A stretch of 64,000 bases of DNA, taken from NCBI RefSeq assembly GCF_041956535.1, contig NW_027192193.1:1107192-1171191 (forward strand). The letters run 5' to 3'. Made by a program: the position numbers and the translations under genes. This DNA is from Calcarisporiella thermophila CBS 279.70 (lineage: Eukaryota > Fungi > Calcarisporiellomycota). The notes beneath the pieces were generated by a model. That model had not been told where the DNA came from. It worked only from the letters and a program-made list of their open reading frames with translations, and ran no database searches. Position 1 is the stretch's first letter; every line of letters begins with the position of its first letter. Positions 19,739 through 34,075 of the stretch are shown piece by piece.

Positions 19739-20023
19739 GTCTAATAAAGATGTAAGGGTAGGGTGGGAGGGATATCGCAATAGTTTCCTATTAGTGAAAA
19801 AGCACACCAAACTGTACAACAACCTAAAGTTGACGAAACGAAACGAAAAGCCAAATGCAGAAGAGGCGAAGAAGGTTCGACTGCGAAAGAGAAAATCGAA
19901 TACAGACAAAATAAAAGCCTAGCAAGCAAACGTTATAATTGAACGGAAAATAATTACAAAACTAGAAGTTCAGGAGCTGAAATAAAGAAAAAGGGGGAAA
20001 AGGGGGAGGGGGGAGCACACGAC

Positions 20024-20837
20024 CTAGCGAGTCAAGCGCCTCATAAATTCTAACACATTCCCGGTCCACAAAGACTCGCCTTCAGGAGATGGAGCAACCC
20101 CGCTCTCTTTATTTAAGTGTAAAAGTATGGGAGTGATGAAGTGCCGAAGCTCGTTAATCTGGCGTTCCATTTGTTGGTTCTGTTCACGCAGCTGACGCAG
20201 CAGCTCACGTTGTGTCTCCACCTCGCCACGGCCACCTTCCACCTCCTGCTCCAACTCTGCCTTTTGTATTTGCAGATCTTTCTCAAGTGTGTCGAGCCGC
20301 AAGAGTTCTTCCTCTCTTTCTATAATGGACATTTACACGTAAGCATAAGGCGGTAATAGAGTTGAAGAATCGTCATGGATACCTTGGTGATTCCGCTTAA
20401 AATTTTCGTTAAATATTGGGAAATATCGAGACGTGTCTAACTTATGTAATGGTTTGTCTATGTACCCGGCAAAGAATAAGAGTTAACACGGATGTAATGG
20501 GCCTGAACTAGTTGCACCAAGTAACACACTTACCAAAGGTATTGATACTTGAAGACGAAACCTGTTTATTGGAAAAATAAAAAATAAAAGATTTTAAGCT
20601 TGGGCCAAATGCTAACAGTGAATAGAATATTTTCGCACGCCCTACCTCAACCTCATTGCTTGTATCATTTACCTCATCAAGAGCCATCTCTGCATCTCCA
20701 TCTTCATTTTCTTCGCCATCAGATGAGTATGATAATGGAGAGGCAGATCTAGACGATACTGTCGTTTCAGGGACAAAATCAGCATCGCTGTCAGTGTCCG
20801 GCAGATCTTCTTGAAGAAAATTTGATATCTCGTTCAT
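20024..20837 (-). CDS. Hypothetical protein with acidic N-terminus and C-terminal coiled coil (4 coding exons; start uncertain)
   Basis: Exons join in frame via GT-AG introns; E/Q/L heptad-rich C-terminus; family not recognised. Confidence 0.55.
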
Positions 20838-21357
20838 TATTTTAGATAATGCTGTTCGTAATGTTGAGTGAATTGGCTCAACACTGACGTTTTCAAGGCT
20901 ATATGAAAAACAAAAAAGACATTTATTTTTATTTAGACAATTGACATAATGGAAAATAGGGGGCCAATTGGAGAAGTCCAAGGTGAAGCATATTCAAGCC
21001 TTATTCGGAAAATTGAAATCGGCTGCAGATGGAGCTAGAAGAAAGAAAGCTTAGCAATGTTGGTGTTTTCGAGACAACTATGAATGCGGTAGTATGGGTA
21101 ACTGTGGCAATATACATGAGCTCTCAGCCCAAAGGCAAGCTGGCCAAGAGAAGCTGGATGAAAACTTGACACTGCTGTGTAATGGAGGTACTGCCTAATG
21201 CATAAACTAGATCGATATGCAATACAGATTTTGGCTTCCATCCTTAGTAATCGTCTGATGGAATAAGAAAGCTTTGCTCTAAATCCGAGTTTATCATTAA
21301 TATAAAAGATTTGCAGGTGGTTTAGCGGTTTGCTTATTTTATGTATTGGCCGCGGAT

Positions 21358-21379
21358 ATACAGTAGTGATACAGTAGTG
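21358..21379. repeat. Exact 11-bp tandem duplication ATACAGTAGTG x2
   Basis: Directly visible in the sequence. Confidence 0.8.
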
Positions 21380-22115
21380 GTCCTGGTTTATCCGGTTGGA
21401 ATTACCCTATTCTAACAATAATTTGTCACTGTAGATTGATATTATTATCATTCAATAGCCAAACATTGACAGGTATTGAATTATGGAAAACAAGGCTAAC
21501 TAAAGATGCAATAGGATTGCTAAGAGGAGCTTGCGTTGGAAAAGAATACATCCCATATATTGTTTCTGATCCGCATGGAATATGCCAAAGGCAATTTTGC
21601 TACACAATGCGACTATATGGAGTTGAGATGATGCGGAATACGTTCTCTTGACGACATCTGCAAAAATCCATGGCCGCAATAACAACCCATGGCATAATAG
21701 CGGATTATTTGTCACGGAAAATAACGTCTATCCAAAATGGGACTCAGGACTACGTTCTAAATTCCAATCAACCAGCATGAACTTATTTTATTTACTGCAG
21801 TGTGCTCTATCTTCGACTCGGCTTGTCCTAGATTCTGGGACGATGGTTGCGTAATCTCGTAGTTTATTTGTTATAAGAGAGCAACTTAGATGAAGATTTT
21901 CCTATTTTTCTTGCAAGTTTGGCCATGTGATTTGAGCTATATAAATTACACATGCTTCTCTTTTGAGAAAACAAAAGGGTCAGGCTTCCGTATCCTCACG
22001 AGGGATTCGCATCGAAACTAAAAAAACGGGAGCTAACATGAAAACAAGAAGCATTTAAATCGAGGCGGTGCAAAAAGCTGCAGCCTTTCCATTGCCAGAA
22101 AGATCGAGTTCAAGA

Positions 22116-24644
22116 ATGAGAGTTCAGTCGCTGCCTCTATTACATGTCATCCTTCTCACTGCCTCTATGCTTCGCTTAGGATTAGCACAACCATTGAGAG
22201 AGGACGATCATAATCACGTCCCGATCGATCTTCTTGCTCCTTTCTCGTCCGATCCTCCTCCTTCGCAAATTCCTCACTTTTCGCACCCCTCCCCTCCACA
22301 ACATTATTCAGTTCGATCACTTCCGATTCCTACAAACAAGTTTTACGAGAACTTGTTGCTTCCTAACGAGGGGGCCGCACTTCCGGTTTGGACGCATCCT
22401 TACGTAGTTCGCCGAGCCAAAAATGGAATAGGCGTCTGTCATACAGATGAAGATGGGAGAGTTTATGGGCCAAACGAAAATGATATCCCAGTCAAATATT
22501 TTTATAGCCCCTATCGCGATAACCTAGTGGTTGGGGCAAAGGAGCTGAATACGGCGAAGCTATCTATTACAGACCCAAGCAGTTTCAGTGTGAGGGTGTG
22601 GCTGCACCCCGAGAATGGATTCGGATCATTAACCAGCTCACTAGTTAGAGGGATGGCATTCCTCACCATAGAGTACGACTTACTAACCCCAGTTCTATCT
22701 TCCGAATTCACGTTTGAAATTTTGAGGAAAACAACGCTAAATGCCAATATAGATAGATATTATATTGAGCTCGGCAATAAGAGCCGGTGGGTGCTCTATG
22801 TAATTCCTAACTCAAATGGTAGTGCACCTGAGTTGGTAAGGGATGGGAATAGCTGGGCAGCCACGAGACCATGGAGTGGTGTGATGCAAGCGGCCAAATT
22901 GCCTTTGGGTGTAAACGAAGAAGCCTATGATAAGTTAATGGGAGTGTGGACAACAGCAATCGAATTGTCAGTCTCTTCAGTAGCAAGGTGCAATGACTTG
23001 AGAAACCAAACTTGACTAGATATCGAGCAAACCTAATTTAACTGATTTTATCCTCATATTTGACCTTCTATATTAGGCAGGGCAGTTACACATTTGATTT
23101 CAAACTCGCGGGAGATACTTCTCGACCCCTCCTGCATTTCACGTTGCCCCATCATCGCGCCGTGCTTTCAGGTCCAATGCGCACAGACATAGCGCTTCTC
23201 TCAACGACCATGGGCGATTGTGTAGCATATGTCGGCAACAAATGGACGCTCACCGAATCCAATATGCCCTCCGTGGAGTTCCTACCGGATAGCTATATGC
23301 GGAAACTAACCCCTGATATATTAAATACCTTACGAGAACAGGCGCGGAAAGATATATATGAAAACTGGAATGCGGTGAATCAAGGAAGTATATACTTTTC
23401 CGGGAAAGCCCTACAAAAATATGCGCTATTGTGCCTAGTGACAAAAGAGGTTCTGAACGATAAACAAATGTCTGAGAATTGTATTAGCAAATTGAAGGTA
23501 AATATAGAGAATAAAAGTAAACAAACCATCGTCATTATCCCTGTTGTTATTGGCATATTCGAAATCTAGGCAGCTTTTCAACTTTTCGTTGACAATAAGC
23601 AAACAGCATCCTTGGCGTATGATACTACCTGGAAGGGAGTTGTGAGAAGAGATGGAATCGAGAAGAATCTGCCCAACGACGACTTTGGAAACAGTTGGTA
23701 TAAGTAATGAGCTTGACCAAGTTATTTTAAAGTCCATCTACCTGCCTGATATATGATTTGCTTTTCTAATTCTTTCATTCTAGCGACCACCATTTCCATT
23801 ACAGTCACCTTGTCTACACGTCTGCTCTCTTACTCTATTTAGATCCCTCCACACCAACTTCGCATATAACCTATACTCTTACCCTTATACGCGACGTTGC
23901 TAACCCCTCCTCTGCGGATCCATATTTCCCTGTGTTCCGTAACTTCGACTGGTGGGTTGGGCATTCGTGGGCCTCCGGCCTCTTCCCCTCTGCTGACGGG
24001 ATGAACGAGGAGTCTACCTCAGAGGACATTAACTTCTTATATGCAATGAAGCTTTTTGGAACTGTTTTGCATGACAGAAGGATGCGGGAGTTAGGGGATA
24101 TCATGCTAGCTGTTCAAAAGAGGAGCCTAGAAGCTTATGTGATGATAGGGAGGGAGAATACGAACATGCCTGTGAAATTTCGAGGAAATAGGATTGCAGG
24201 GATTACATTTGAGAACAAGGTGGACTATGCGACCTATTTCTCACCGAGAAGAGGCATGTAGATGTCTAGTTCTTCTTACGCGTAATTTGAAGTGATTTAC
24301 TTTTAACGTAATTAGAATGCATTCACGGGATCCATATGCTGCCGATGACTCCTATTATGACCTATATGCGCTCCAAAGAGTTTGTGAGTTCACTCTTGTT
24401 TGAATTGCTTATACTTGATAAAGGTTTATTCTAGTCTTTCACCTAGGTGAATTCAGAGTGGGATGAGCGCATTGCAGCCATCATTGATAGTGTTTCTGAT
24501 GGCTGGAAATCTATTCTCTATTTAAATTTGGCCCTTGCAAACACTGAGAAACCACTCAGCTACTTCTTACATAATCCCAATGCTCCTTTAGATGATGGGT
24601 TGTCGAGAACATGGGCTCTTTTCTGGGCAGCCGTCGCGAGTTGA
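22116..24644 (+). CDS. Secreted GH81 endo-1,3(4)-beta-glucanase (multi-exon)
   Basis: Signal peptide; PIPTNKFYENL, YFSGKAL, YNDHHFHY, FRNFDWWVGHSWASGL, NEESTSED and IHGIHMLP motifs. Confidence 0.93.
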
Positions 24645-25298
24645 AATAATATTGACAAAGGCTAAGCGCTGTCGTTGGCCATTGCTATTATTTGCCCCAA
24701 TGCTATGTATTGCTTCCTATCCTATTGCAACAATACTGCTTGTACTAAGTAAAAGCACTTGCGCATATGTATTTAGTAGTACAATTAAACGTGGTGGGTT
24801 CTGTGGAGAAAAATAGAGTTAGCAAGACATTTTGAGCATTTCCGAAATTTAATATTTTTCCACGGATAGAGTTACATATGAGTTTACTGGATTACGTGAC
24901 TGGCTTTTCCCCCCAACATTCAGGGGAACACTGTGTATCGAAGCTGTCAAGGTAGAAAAATCGCCCACTACAACTATAATTTTTGTCAGGAAGATTGGCC
25001 CGAGGGGAATATGGAGGGACGGCTTCATTTGGAGACTTACGCCGGCCAGGAGAGGTCCGCCCTTTCCCACCGGCCTCTATTTTGCAATGGTCCAGCAAAA
25101 CAATCGGCCAAGGATTAGGGGTAGTTTTGAAGTTGGGGGAAGGGCGAATTTTCGTGAAACCCTAAACACGCGAGCAGAAAAGAAAATCGTGGAGAGGCCT
25201 ATTCAGTCGCGTCAGTTCCCCATCCATTTTCTTTTCGTCAGCCTCCATTCACCTGTGCTTTGTTCCTTACTCCTCATTCTCCCGCGCAAGCTAAGAGA

Positions 25299-26618
25299 AT
25301 GCTCTCTCTGCTGCCACAGCCCATATTATATCTTGCTCTCCACAATCTCCAAAAACTTGAAACTATTGACGCAGATGGCTTGCGAGCCCTCTGGACAGGT
25401 AATTCTACTTTTCCCAATTAATATATTCCAAGATAGTTATGGCTAGTCACCGTTCCCTCTTGCAACTCGGCTTATTTTTTGTTTTCCTTTTCAGTTTTCT
25501 CAAAGTCAAAGCACGCGATTGAAGCTAACATGGGCAGGCGCCTAGAAAACATAAGCTGGCGCCTGTGGTGGCGTGAAATGATCCATGCAAATGGCGAGTC
25601 CGCCTCGTCGCTCCATCAACTTCTAAACTCTTTGGGAAACTATAACAATCCCAATAATTCCACTCTGGATTCCTCTCTATCAACCAGAATGCAGGAGGAC
25701 ATTTGTATCCTTGATGCACCAATGGCACCTCCTGCGAGTTCTGAAATGCATGAGGTAGCCGAGACCCAATGTATGGAACACTCAGGTGAGACAGTTCATG
25801 ACCCAGCACGTAAGATTTTCTTCATACAATCAGACGATGAATTCGAAGATGACGATGATGAACTCGAGTACGGGAACTCGGGATATGAAAGAAATTCTCC
25901 TTATGCAGAGCTACACCCTCTAAATCATTTCACCTCCGATGACCCACTAGACACTCCACCTGTAATTCCTCCTTCGCTGCGCACTTCATATCTTCCCGAC
26001 AGTTTCATGAGCAATTCTGAGGATGACTATGAAAGTGATACCGAAAGTGAAACAATTCCAGAACTCCCCGCCTTCCATCTGGAGCTCTGCCATGATACCA
26101 TTGCAAACACCGACTTATCAGGCTTAAAGTTCTGTTCTGCCCCTGAGCAGAACGAGCTGAGCAAACAAACCAGTATTGTGACTCTTAAAGAGAATGAATG
26201 GATATTCAAGAAGACCGTGAATAGCCCGGGTCAAGGGCCATTGGCTGGAGGGCGATCACTACTATCAAGCTTGGTTGAGGAGTATCGCAAGCGACAACTT
26301 TTTCTTAGTCAAGCAAAGCAGAATAGTCGGGCGGAGATAAGAAGAGATACTCGTAAGCGCTTTCCGCAGAAGGGTCCAAATGCTCTCGATCTTTCAACGC
26401 GACTCGCCCCCACTACAATAACCTCGAGCGAGATGGCTATCCCACACCTCTCGAGCCGATGCCCGCAATCCCCTGGCGAGTTGCCGGACAGCTTGCGAAG
26501 GCTTGTAGGACAACGTGAGGGTCGTAATCTGTTCTCGTGGGCAGGCACCCTGGAGCGATGGGAAGGGCGATTTTGGGAATGGAAGGAAAACTCTAGCGGC
26601 CCATGGTTTAGATGGTGA
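25299..26618 (+). CDS. DUF1752 (GRRLENxSWRxW) regulatory protein with a DUF3295-like C-terminal motif; intron approx. 25399-25494
   Basis: Spliced LWT|VFSK...GRRLENISWRLW; C-terminal ELPDSLRR; acidic/Ser-rich middle. Confidence 0.75.
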
Positions 26619-27161
26619 ACCTGATACTCATTATTTCTCGGACAGCCAGTATCCTATTCCATCTATATTTTCCCCCTTATATATACACTGATTTTTAGGC
26701 GATGATATATTCCATTTGTTTTGTAACATTACTATTTGCCTCTCTCCTCTCTTCTTCCCTTTTTTTGAGATTTATTGTGACATGACGCTATTTTAATATC
26801 CTCTCTTGTTGTGTATTTATCATAGCATCATTAGTGCTATTAATCGCCTTGTTTTGAACTTGTGTTGTAAAAATTGTGTTTTCATAATAATAATATTGAA
26901 GTCGTTTTATAATCATACGTCATTCTCGTCGGAAAGGAGAGAGAAAAAAAATAGAGAGTGTAAAGAAGAATATTACAAGGCGGAGAGTGGTGTCTAGTAA
27001 AATAAAATAGAATAAATAACTGCAGGTAATAAACCCCTATTGAAAAGAAAAACTGAAGAACGCAGATAACATTGATGAATCGCAAGAAGAAGAAAATATA
27101 TATATAGACTATAGAGTGTATTCATATAAAATGTCGAGGTAAGTTCAGTATATATATAAAG

Positions 27162-28407
27162 TCACGCCATCATTCCGTTTTCCACCTTTTGAGGTTGAGT
27201 CTGTTGCTGTTGCTGCTTACGGCGCCATTCCACATACTCATCGAATAATACGGGCCACGCATTCGTCTCGTCCCACTCCGCAAAATTATCGTCCACGGTG
27301 GCGACAAACTCCAGAAAACTGACCCACTGGTCACGGTTGACGACTCTAATAGGCGCCTGCTCCTAACGCAAGACAGAATGGGTTAAGGTTTGAAAGATAT
27401 GAAAAGAAGAAACCTTAAATTGGCTGATAAAATAGCGCCAAGCTTTAGCGATGATCTCACCTCCAGAAATTGAATGAAGAAATGGACATGCGGGTACTTG
27501 TCACCGAGCAGCAGCTGCCAGAGCGCAATTGCGGTCTATTGTAGGAAGAAAGGCATTGAGCGCAAAGTAAGAACGAGGGATGAAGTGCTTTGGTATGTAC
27601 CTCGACAGACATGTTCTTCTGGCCTTGGTTTTTGGCAAACCCAAACACAAATTTGTAGAGTTCCTTGAACTGATCTGGATAAGATAAGGCATGCTCTAGT
27701 TGTGGGAGCTTGTCCTTGAGTTTCGAGGTGGAGTCGACACCAAGGCCACGCATTCCCGTTATCCACTCCTGTTGCGTAAATTGGCCTAGGGGAAAGAGAA
27801 AATATTTATCCAGTCCACTTCATGTGATAGCGAAAGTGGTCTTACCCATAGTGGAAGCTTGCAATTTCCAGGCAATTACCAGGGCAATAGGCTGCGAAAC
27901 GAGGGACCATTTATGAGTATATAATAGATGGCTTAGAGAGAAAGAAAACAAGATAATACCGATTCCAGAGAGAGATCGAGATCAGATAGAAACTGTTCAA
28001 TCCCGTCGGGGCCCATGATTTCCGGATTTTCTTTATCTGGATTTAGATGGAAATTTAACCCTGAAAATCGAACAAAAGATAGCATGTTGCTTCACATTAC
28101 CATGATATTGATTGAACCATGCAATGCAAGCGCGCTCATTGAAGTTCGATGCAGATGGAGTCAAAGAATCGGGACACCTGGCTACTGGTGACTCTCTGGA
28201 GTAAAAAGAAAGAAGGATGTTTTAAGCAATCCGGGACTTATAAAACTCTCCCTCCTCTGCTCACCTCCTCACGCCACCGCTTGCCCTCCCAATAACTGCG
28301 CTCGAATGGTTTAACGCTTTCCTAGATTTCGATGTTGTCTTGGAGGAACTTTGTTTCGCCCCCATGGTGTTGATCGGGTCGTCTTGAGTGCGCTTTCTCT
28401 TTAGCAT
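27162..28407 (-). CDS. DCN1-like cullin neddylation co-E3 (DCUN1D4/5-like, no UBA domain; 7 exons)
   Basis: MGPDGIEQFLSDL, IAWKLQASTMGQFT, FKELYKFVFGFAK, NRDQW and AWPVLFDEYVEW; N-terminal KRKR. Confidence 0.9.
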
Positions 28408-28793
28408 CAAGCCAGGCAAGTCAGCGCTCTCTGGCTATTAGTTACCTTGAAATCGCGGAGGCACGTAGCGAAAATTAAAATCCAGTTGTATTTTGAAGGG
28501 GTGGAGAAGAGGTAAACCTGATTGTGGAACCTTTATAAACGAAAAGGATAAGGTGGAATGGGGCATAAAAATAGGTCAGCCTGTGAGTGGATTTGGCCAA
28601 AATAGAAGAGGACCTCGCAGGGTCACGAAGGAAGAAAAGGAAAGTTTCTTTACAAATTATCGTTAGTTTATCCTCATTAACTGAATGAAATACAAGCCAC
28701 CCTATCTTACGCAACTCTCGAGGTGAAATAGAGACGCGCAAACGAAGTTGCTCTTACAAACCATTTTGTGTAAACCAGCTAACATAGATTCCA

Positions 28794-31700
28794 ATGGCAA
28801 ACGAAAAATCTATGAGAAAAGAGCAGCAGGAACAGCAAAAACAACAGAACCAACAGGGAGAAAATGATAAGACGAAGAATATAGCCGATGGAAAGAAGAA
28901 GGAGGACGAGAAGAAGGAAGAGGAGATTGTAAGTCAATTAACGCGCGTTTGAATTGAGTGAGGACCCGGCTGATCTGCTAACGACGGATGCTTTTGATTA
29001 GTCGGAAGAAGATCTGCAATTGAAAAATGAACTTGAACTCTTGGTTGAGCGACTAAAGGTTTGATTTACATTATATATATAATTTTTCTCCCTGATCTTA
29101 TCAGTACTTACCCTCAATCCAACCCAATCTATAGGAGGGAAATGCTGATCTCCACCGCCCAGCATTAGAGAGTCTACGTTCTATTATCCGCACCTCCACA
29201 AGTTCCATGACGTCGGTCCCTAAACCTCTTAAATTCCTGAGACCACATTATCCTGAATTATTAGAAGTGTATGAGAACTGGATGGAATCTGACAACAAAG
29301 TAAATACATAATTTTAATTATCGAATGTCATTTGCATGGACATCGCCTCACGTGCTCTTTTTTTTTCAGCGTTTCCTGGCAGATATCCTCTCTGTGCTTG
29401 CCATGACATACTCGGAAGAGGGCAAGCGCGACTCATTAAAGTTCAGACTAATTGGATCTTCAGGCGATCCCGGGTTGTGGGGCCACGAATACGTGCGGTA
29501 AATTATACCTTTTGAACCACTTTATTCAAGCTCCATGCTCATCAATTTCGCTCTATAGTCATCTTGCCGGAGAAATTGGTTCAGAGTACAATCAGAGAGT
29601 ATATGACGAGCAGCCTGTCGATGATATTATGAAGCTTGCTCTAGAAATCGTGCCTTTCTTCCTCAAGCATAATGCTGAAGCCGATGCCGTGGACCTGCTC
29701 CTCGAGCTCGAGGCCATTGATAAATTACCCTCCTTTGTCGACAAGAACACTTACGCACGCGTATGCCTTTACATGGTAAGCTGCGTGAATCTTCTCGTTC
29801 CTCCCGATGACATTGCGTTCCTTGAGACAGCCCACACTATTTATCGCCAACACAACCGTCTGCCCGAGGCATTGCATCTAGCGCTGCGTCTGGGAAATCA
29901 GGAGCTCATTCAGGAAGATTTTGATGCCGCGGCAGAAGACCCGTTGGTACAGAAACAACTAGCATATATTCTGGCCAGACAGAGGATATTGGTCCAAACT
30001 GAGGATGAAGAGTTGCTAAGATGTTTACACAATACTGACTTGTCGGAACATTTCATCGCGTTGGCACGGGAGCTCGATATTATGGAATCGAAGACCCCCG
30101 AGGATATTTATAAGAGCCATTTAGAAAACATCCGTAAGCTATCCCTACATAGACAGAGCCATGCCAATATCTGCTATGCACTTTTACTGACCTTTTGATT
30201 GCTACTCAAGGCTCTGGATTTGGAAGCACCCACGTCGACTCTGCAAGACAAAATCTTGCATCCACTTTTGTAAACGCCTTTGTGAACGCCGGATTCGGCA
30301 ACGACAAGTTGATGGTTGGAGCCGAAGGAAACAATGCTTGGATCTACAAGAATAAGGAGCACGGTATGATTAGTGCGGCGGCGTCGATTGGTATGATCAT
30401 GCAGTGGAACGTGGATGTAGGTTTATCGGAGATCGACAAATACTTGTATTCGAGCGAAGAATACATCAAGGTATGCCATCCCCATCTAATTTGCTTACAA
30501 ACGTGGGGTTGTTTAATCTATATTTCTCCCGCCCTTGCTCCTCGCTGGATAATTAGGCCGGTGCGCTATTGGCAATTGGTATTGTTAACGCGGGTGTGCA
30601 CAACGAATCGGATCCCGCCATGGCACTTCTTTCAGAGCATCTCGTGGAGAGCAAGAGCAGCGTGATGCGCAATTGTGCTATTTTAGGCCTCGGAATCGCT
30701 TATGCTGGAACCGGACGCCTTGAGATCGTCGAGCCTTTGCTTCCACTCGTGAATGATACTGCGATCAGCATGGAGGTTGCGTCACTTGCGGCGCTTGCAG
30801 TCGGCATGATCATGGTCGGGACAGCAGACGGTGATCTGACAAGCACCATGTTGCAGACCATGATGGAGCGAGATGAGGCACAGCTCAAAGAGGGCTGGTC
30901 ACGATTCATGGCACTCGGGCTTGCCCTTCTTTACCTAGGCAAGCAAGAAGCATCGGACGCAGCCTTGGAAACATTGCGTGCGATTGAACACCCTCTTGGG
31001 AAACAGGCGGCCGTCCTTGTGGAGATTGCGTCCTATGCTGGAACCGGCAACGTGTTGAAAGTCCAGAAGATGCTGCATCTTTGCAATGATCATTTGGACA
31101 AAGAGAAGGAAGATGACTTACACCAAGCATTCGCCGTACTAGGTGTCGCCCTTATCTCGATGGGAGAGGACATTGGAGCAGAGATGTGCCTGCGGATGTT
31201 CAACCACTTGGTAGAGTTTCATTTTCTGCTTATAGCCAACCATGTTTGGCGATAAATTTATGCCGGCACTGATATGCTTTATTTTCTTCAACCCATCCTA
31301 GATGCATTATGGTGAGCCCGTCATCCGCCGGTCCGTCCCGCTCGCTCTCGGCCTCCTTTGTGCCTCCAATCCTCTCCTAACTGTACTTGACACTCTAAGC
31401 AAATACTCGCACGACTCAGACTCGGACGTAGCCATCAACGCTATCTTCGCGATGGGTATTGTTGGTGCTGGAACCAACAACGCTCGCCTTGCACAAATGC
31501 TCCGTCAACTTGCCTCCTATTACCACAAAGAGCCTAGCTGCTTGTTCATGGTGCGCATTGCACAAGGCCTGCTGCATATGGGCAAGGGCACCATGTCGAT
31601 CAATCCTTACCACTCGGATCGGCAGATCATGTCTTCGACGGCACTTGCTGGACTCTGGGCGACTATCCTTGCCTTCACAGATACAAAGACCTGTAAGTGC

Positions 31701-32072
31701 TGGCCCTTATCTGGCACGCTTAATGCTTTCCCTCCTAATGTTTCTGCGATTGCCTCCTTAGTTATCCTCGGTCGTTCTCACTACCTCCTCTACCTCCTCG
31801 CCAACGCCATGTATCCTCGATTCCTCATCACTCTTGACGAAAACCTGAACTCGCTTCCAGTGAGTGTGCGTGTTGGTCAGGCGGTCGACGTGGTGGGACA
31901 AGCCGGAAGGCCCAAGACCATCACTGGTTTCCAGACACACTCCACTCCGGTGCTATTGGCCCATTCCGAACGTGCGGAACTTGCCACCGAGGAGTATGTG
32001 GCGTTAACGCATGCATTGGAGGGCTTTGTGATCTTGAGGAAGAACCCAGACTATATGGAGGAAATGCATTAG
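28794..32072 (+). CDS. RPN1: 26S proteasome regulatory subunit Rpn1/PSMD2 (multi-exon)
   Basis: [29 protein letters not shown] and [25 protein letters not shown]. Confidence 0.97.
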
Positions 32073-32546
32073 AAATGGCATCGTCTCTTCCCAACTCCAC
32101 TATCTAAACCCGCTTACAATTTCTATTTTCGAATAGCTATTTTCTTTTACATTTTTTTTTATTGGGGGAGGTATGGGTGTTTGTGTGAATAAATAAAGTA
32201 CGTTTTACACTGTTATTGGAGTGAATTGTTACCCTTTAGCTCTAGATGTGACCAACCATGTCAAGATTCGTCGCCATGATGAAAGAGTCTAAGAGCAAAC
32301 GTTCAAACTTTAATATATATATATATTTGAGGAAATCAAGGGTAAAGGGCCCCAAAGCATTAGAGGGATAAAGCACAATGGATATATTCCAAGGTTTTGA
32401 AATAATAAAAAAGTTACAGCGAAAACGAAGATCAAGACTAATATTACAAAGGATACAAGACATGATGGGTTAGATGAAAGAGTAGTGTTTTTTTCCAGGT
32501 GCCACGATCATCCCTCCCCTTTCCTGCAAATATGCCGTGAATGTGT

Positions 32547-34075
32547 TTAATGCAAACCTCCTCCTCCAGCGCCACCCTGAACGGCCGAGATTAAGCCCTT
32601 CACTGCGTCAATACTGCCAATGATTGCGCCGGCGACACCCACTACCACCGCCAGCACACACCAGAGCAACTCATACCACCGGAAGCTTCTCCAGCCATAG
32701 AGCTTCACGTAGAAGAGAATCGGGAAGATGAAGACCACAGCGCCCTGCCCCGCAGAGCCCAGCAAAGACATAACGTTGTCGAAGTACGGAACGACAACAG
32801 CAATCACTGCGCAAACGCCAATGGTGGTGATCCGAACGGCCGCCCGCAGAAGGAACTCCATCTTGGCGGAGCGGTGGACTAGGTCAATTTTGAACATCTT
32901 CTCGATTTCAAGCGCAAAGGAGGTTAGATATAGCGGGGTTGCGAGCAAGACGTGCACCGTGATGAAGATGATGGCCACGGTGCGGGGGGCCTCGTGCGGG
33001 AGGTTGTTATAGATGGGCGAGACGGTGTTTTGGCCAAAAACATAGTAGGCCGGGATGCCCACCAAGAGATAGAGCAACGTGACACTAGCAAGGCCGAAGT
33101 TGAAGGTTGCGTTCCAGTGCGAGGGTTTTTTCATGGTCCCTTCGACATGAGGATAGACAACGTTGCCGCCATAACCGAAAGCAAAGGTTGCCAGGGCGAT
33201 GGGAAGGTTCTCAGGGATGATGCGCTCGTGATAGATATTGGCCGGAGGATTTGTAACTTGGATGTGAAGCGCGACCACGACGACAATGATGATGGTGACA
33301 GTGGTGGTCAGAGCACCGAAGATACTAAATGGGGGGAAATGAGAGGTCAGTCCTCGACGACGCAACCGGAGCAGAATCAATAAAGGCTGACATACCTGAG
33401 AATAGCGACTTCCTTCATGGTCTTTGTAAGGACGAAGGGAGCAGCCATAATGGCGGCGAGAATGAAAGTCCACGCCTTCATGCCCAAATTGACGCCCAAA
33501 GGAAACAAGAGCTGCTGGAAGTTGTCGCCGGCAAGGATCAGGTAAAGAATAGGGGTCCCAAGCAGGATGATAAAGTAGAAGAAGGTGACGAGGTATTTGC
33601 CCACTTTGCCGAACGCATGCTCACCGGCATCCATATAGCTGCTCAACCGATGCTCTGCCCCTTTATAGTAGAGACACTTGATCAGTGCAACGCCGGAGTA
33701 GGCTGCCATAAGATGTGCCAAGATCAGAAGTCCGAAGCCAGCCAAGCCGCTCTGCTTCACGGCGTGTGGAACACCCAGAGAACCGCTACCCGCCACTGCG
33801 CATACGATGTTGACGTATGCGGTCCAAGAGGAGGCGTTCCGCTCCACATGGTGTCCATGGTGCTCGATCTTTTCGCCCTGCTCGGCGGAGCCATCGTCGC
33901 TGACTGCCTTCAGGGACTCGATATGAACCTGACTCGCATAATGATCTAATACCGGGGCGCCCCCATAGGAGAATCAATATCAGCAAAGGGGCCAGGCTTC
34001 GGGGGCCTCTAGGATGCTCTTACCTGTATTAGCTTTTTCACTAGTAGGTGTTGTTAATGAGTTTATGGTTGTCAT
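32547..34075 (-). CDS. Amino-acid transporter, Aa_trans/AVT1-like (copy 1; 3 exons)
   Basis: AYVNIVCAVAGSGSLGVP and FAFGYGGNVVYPHVE motifs; many TM helices. Confidence 0.9.

Noticed and set aside
20320-20382. Donor GTATCCATG as U12-type
   Set aside because: Diverges from consensus after +6 and has no convincing U12 branch site
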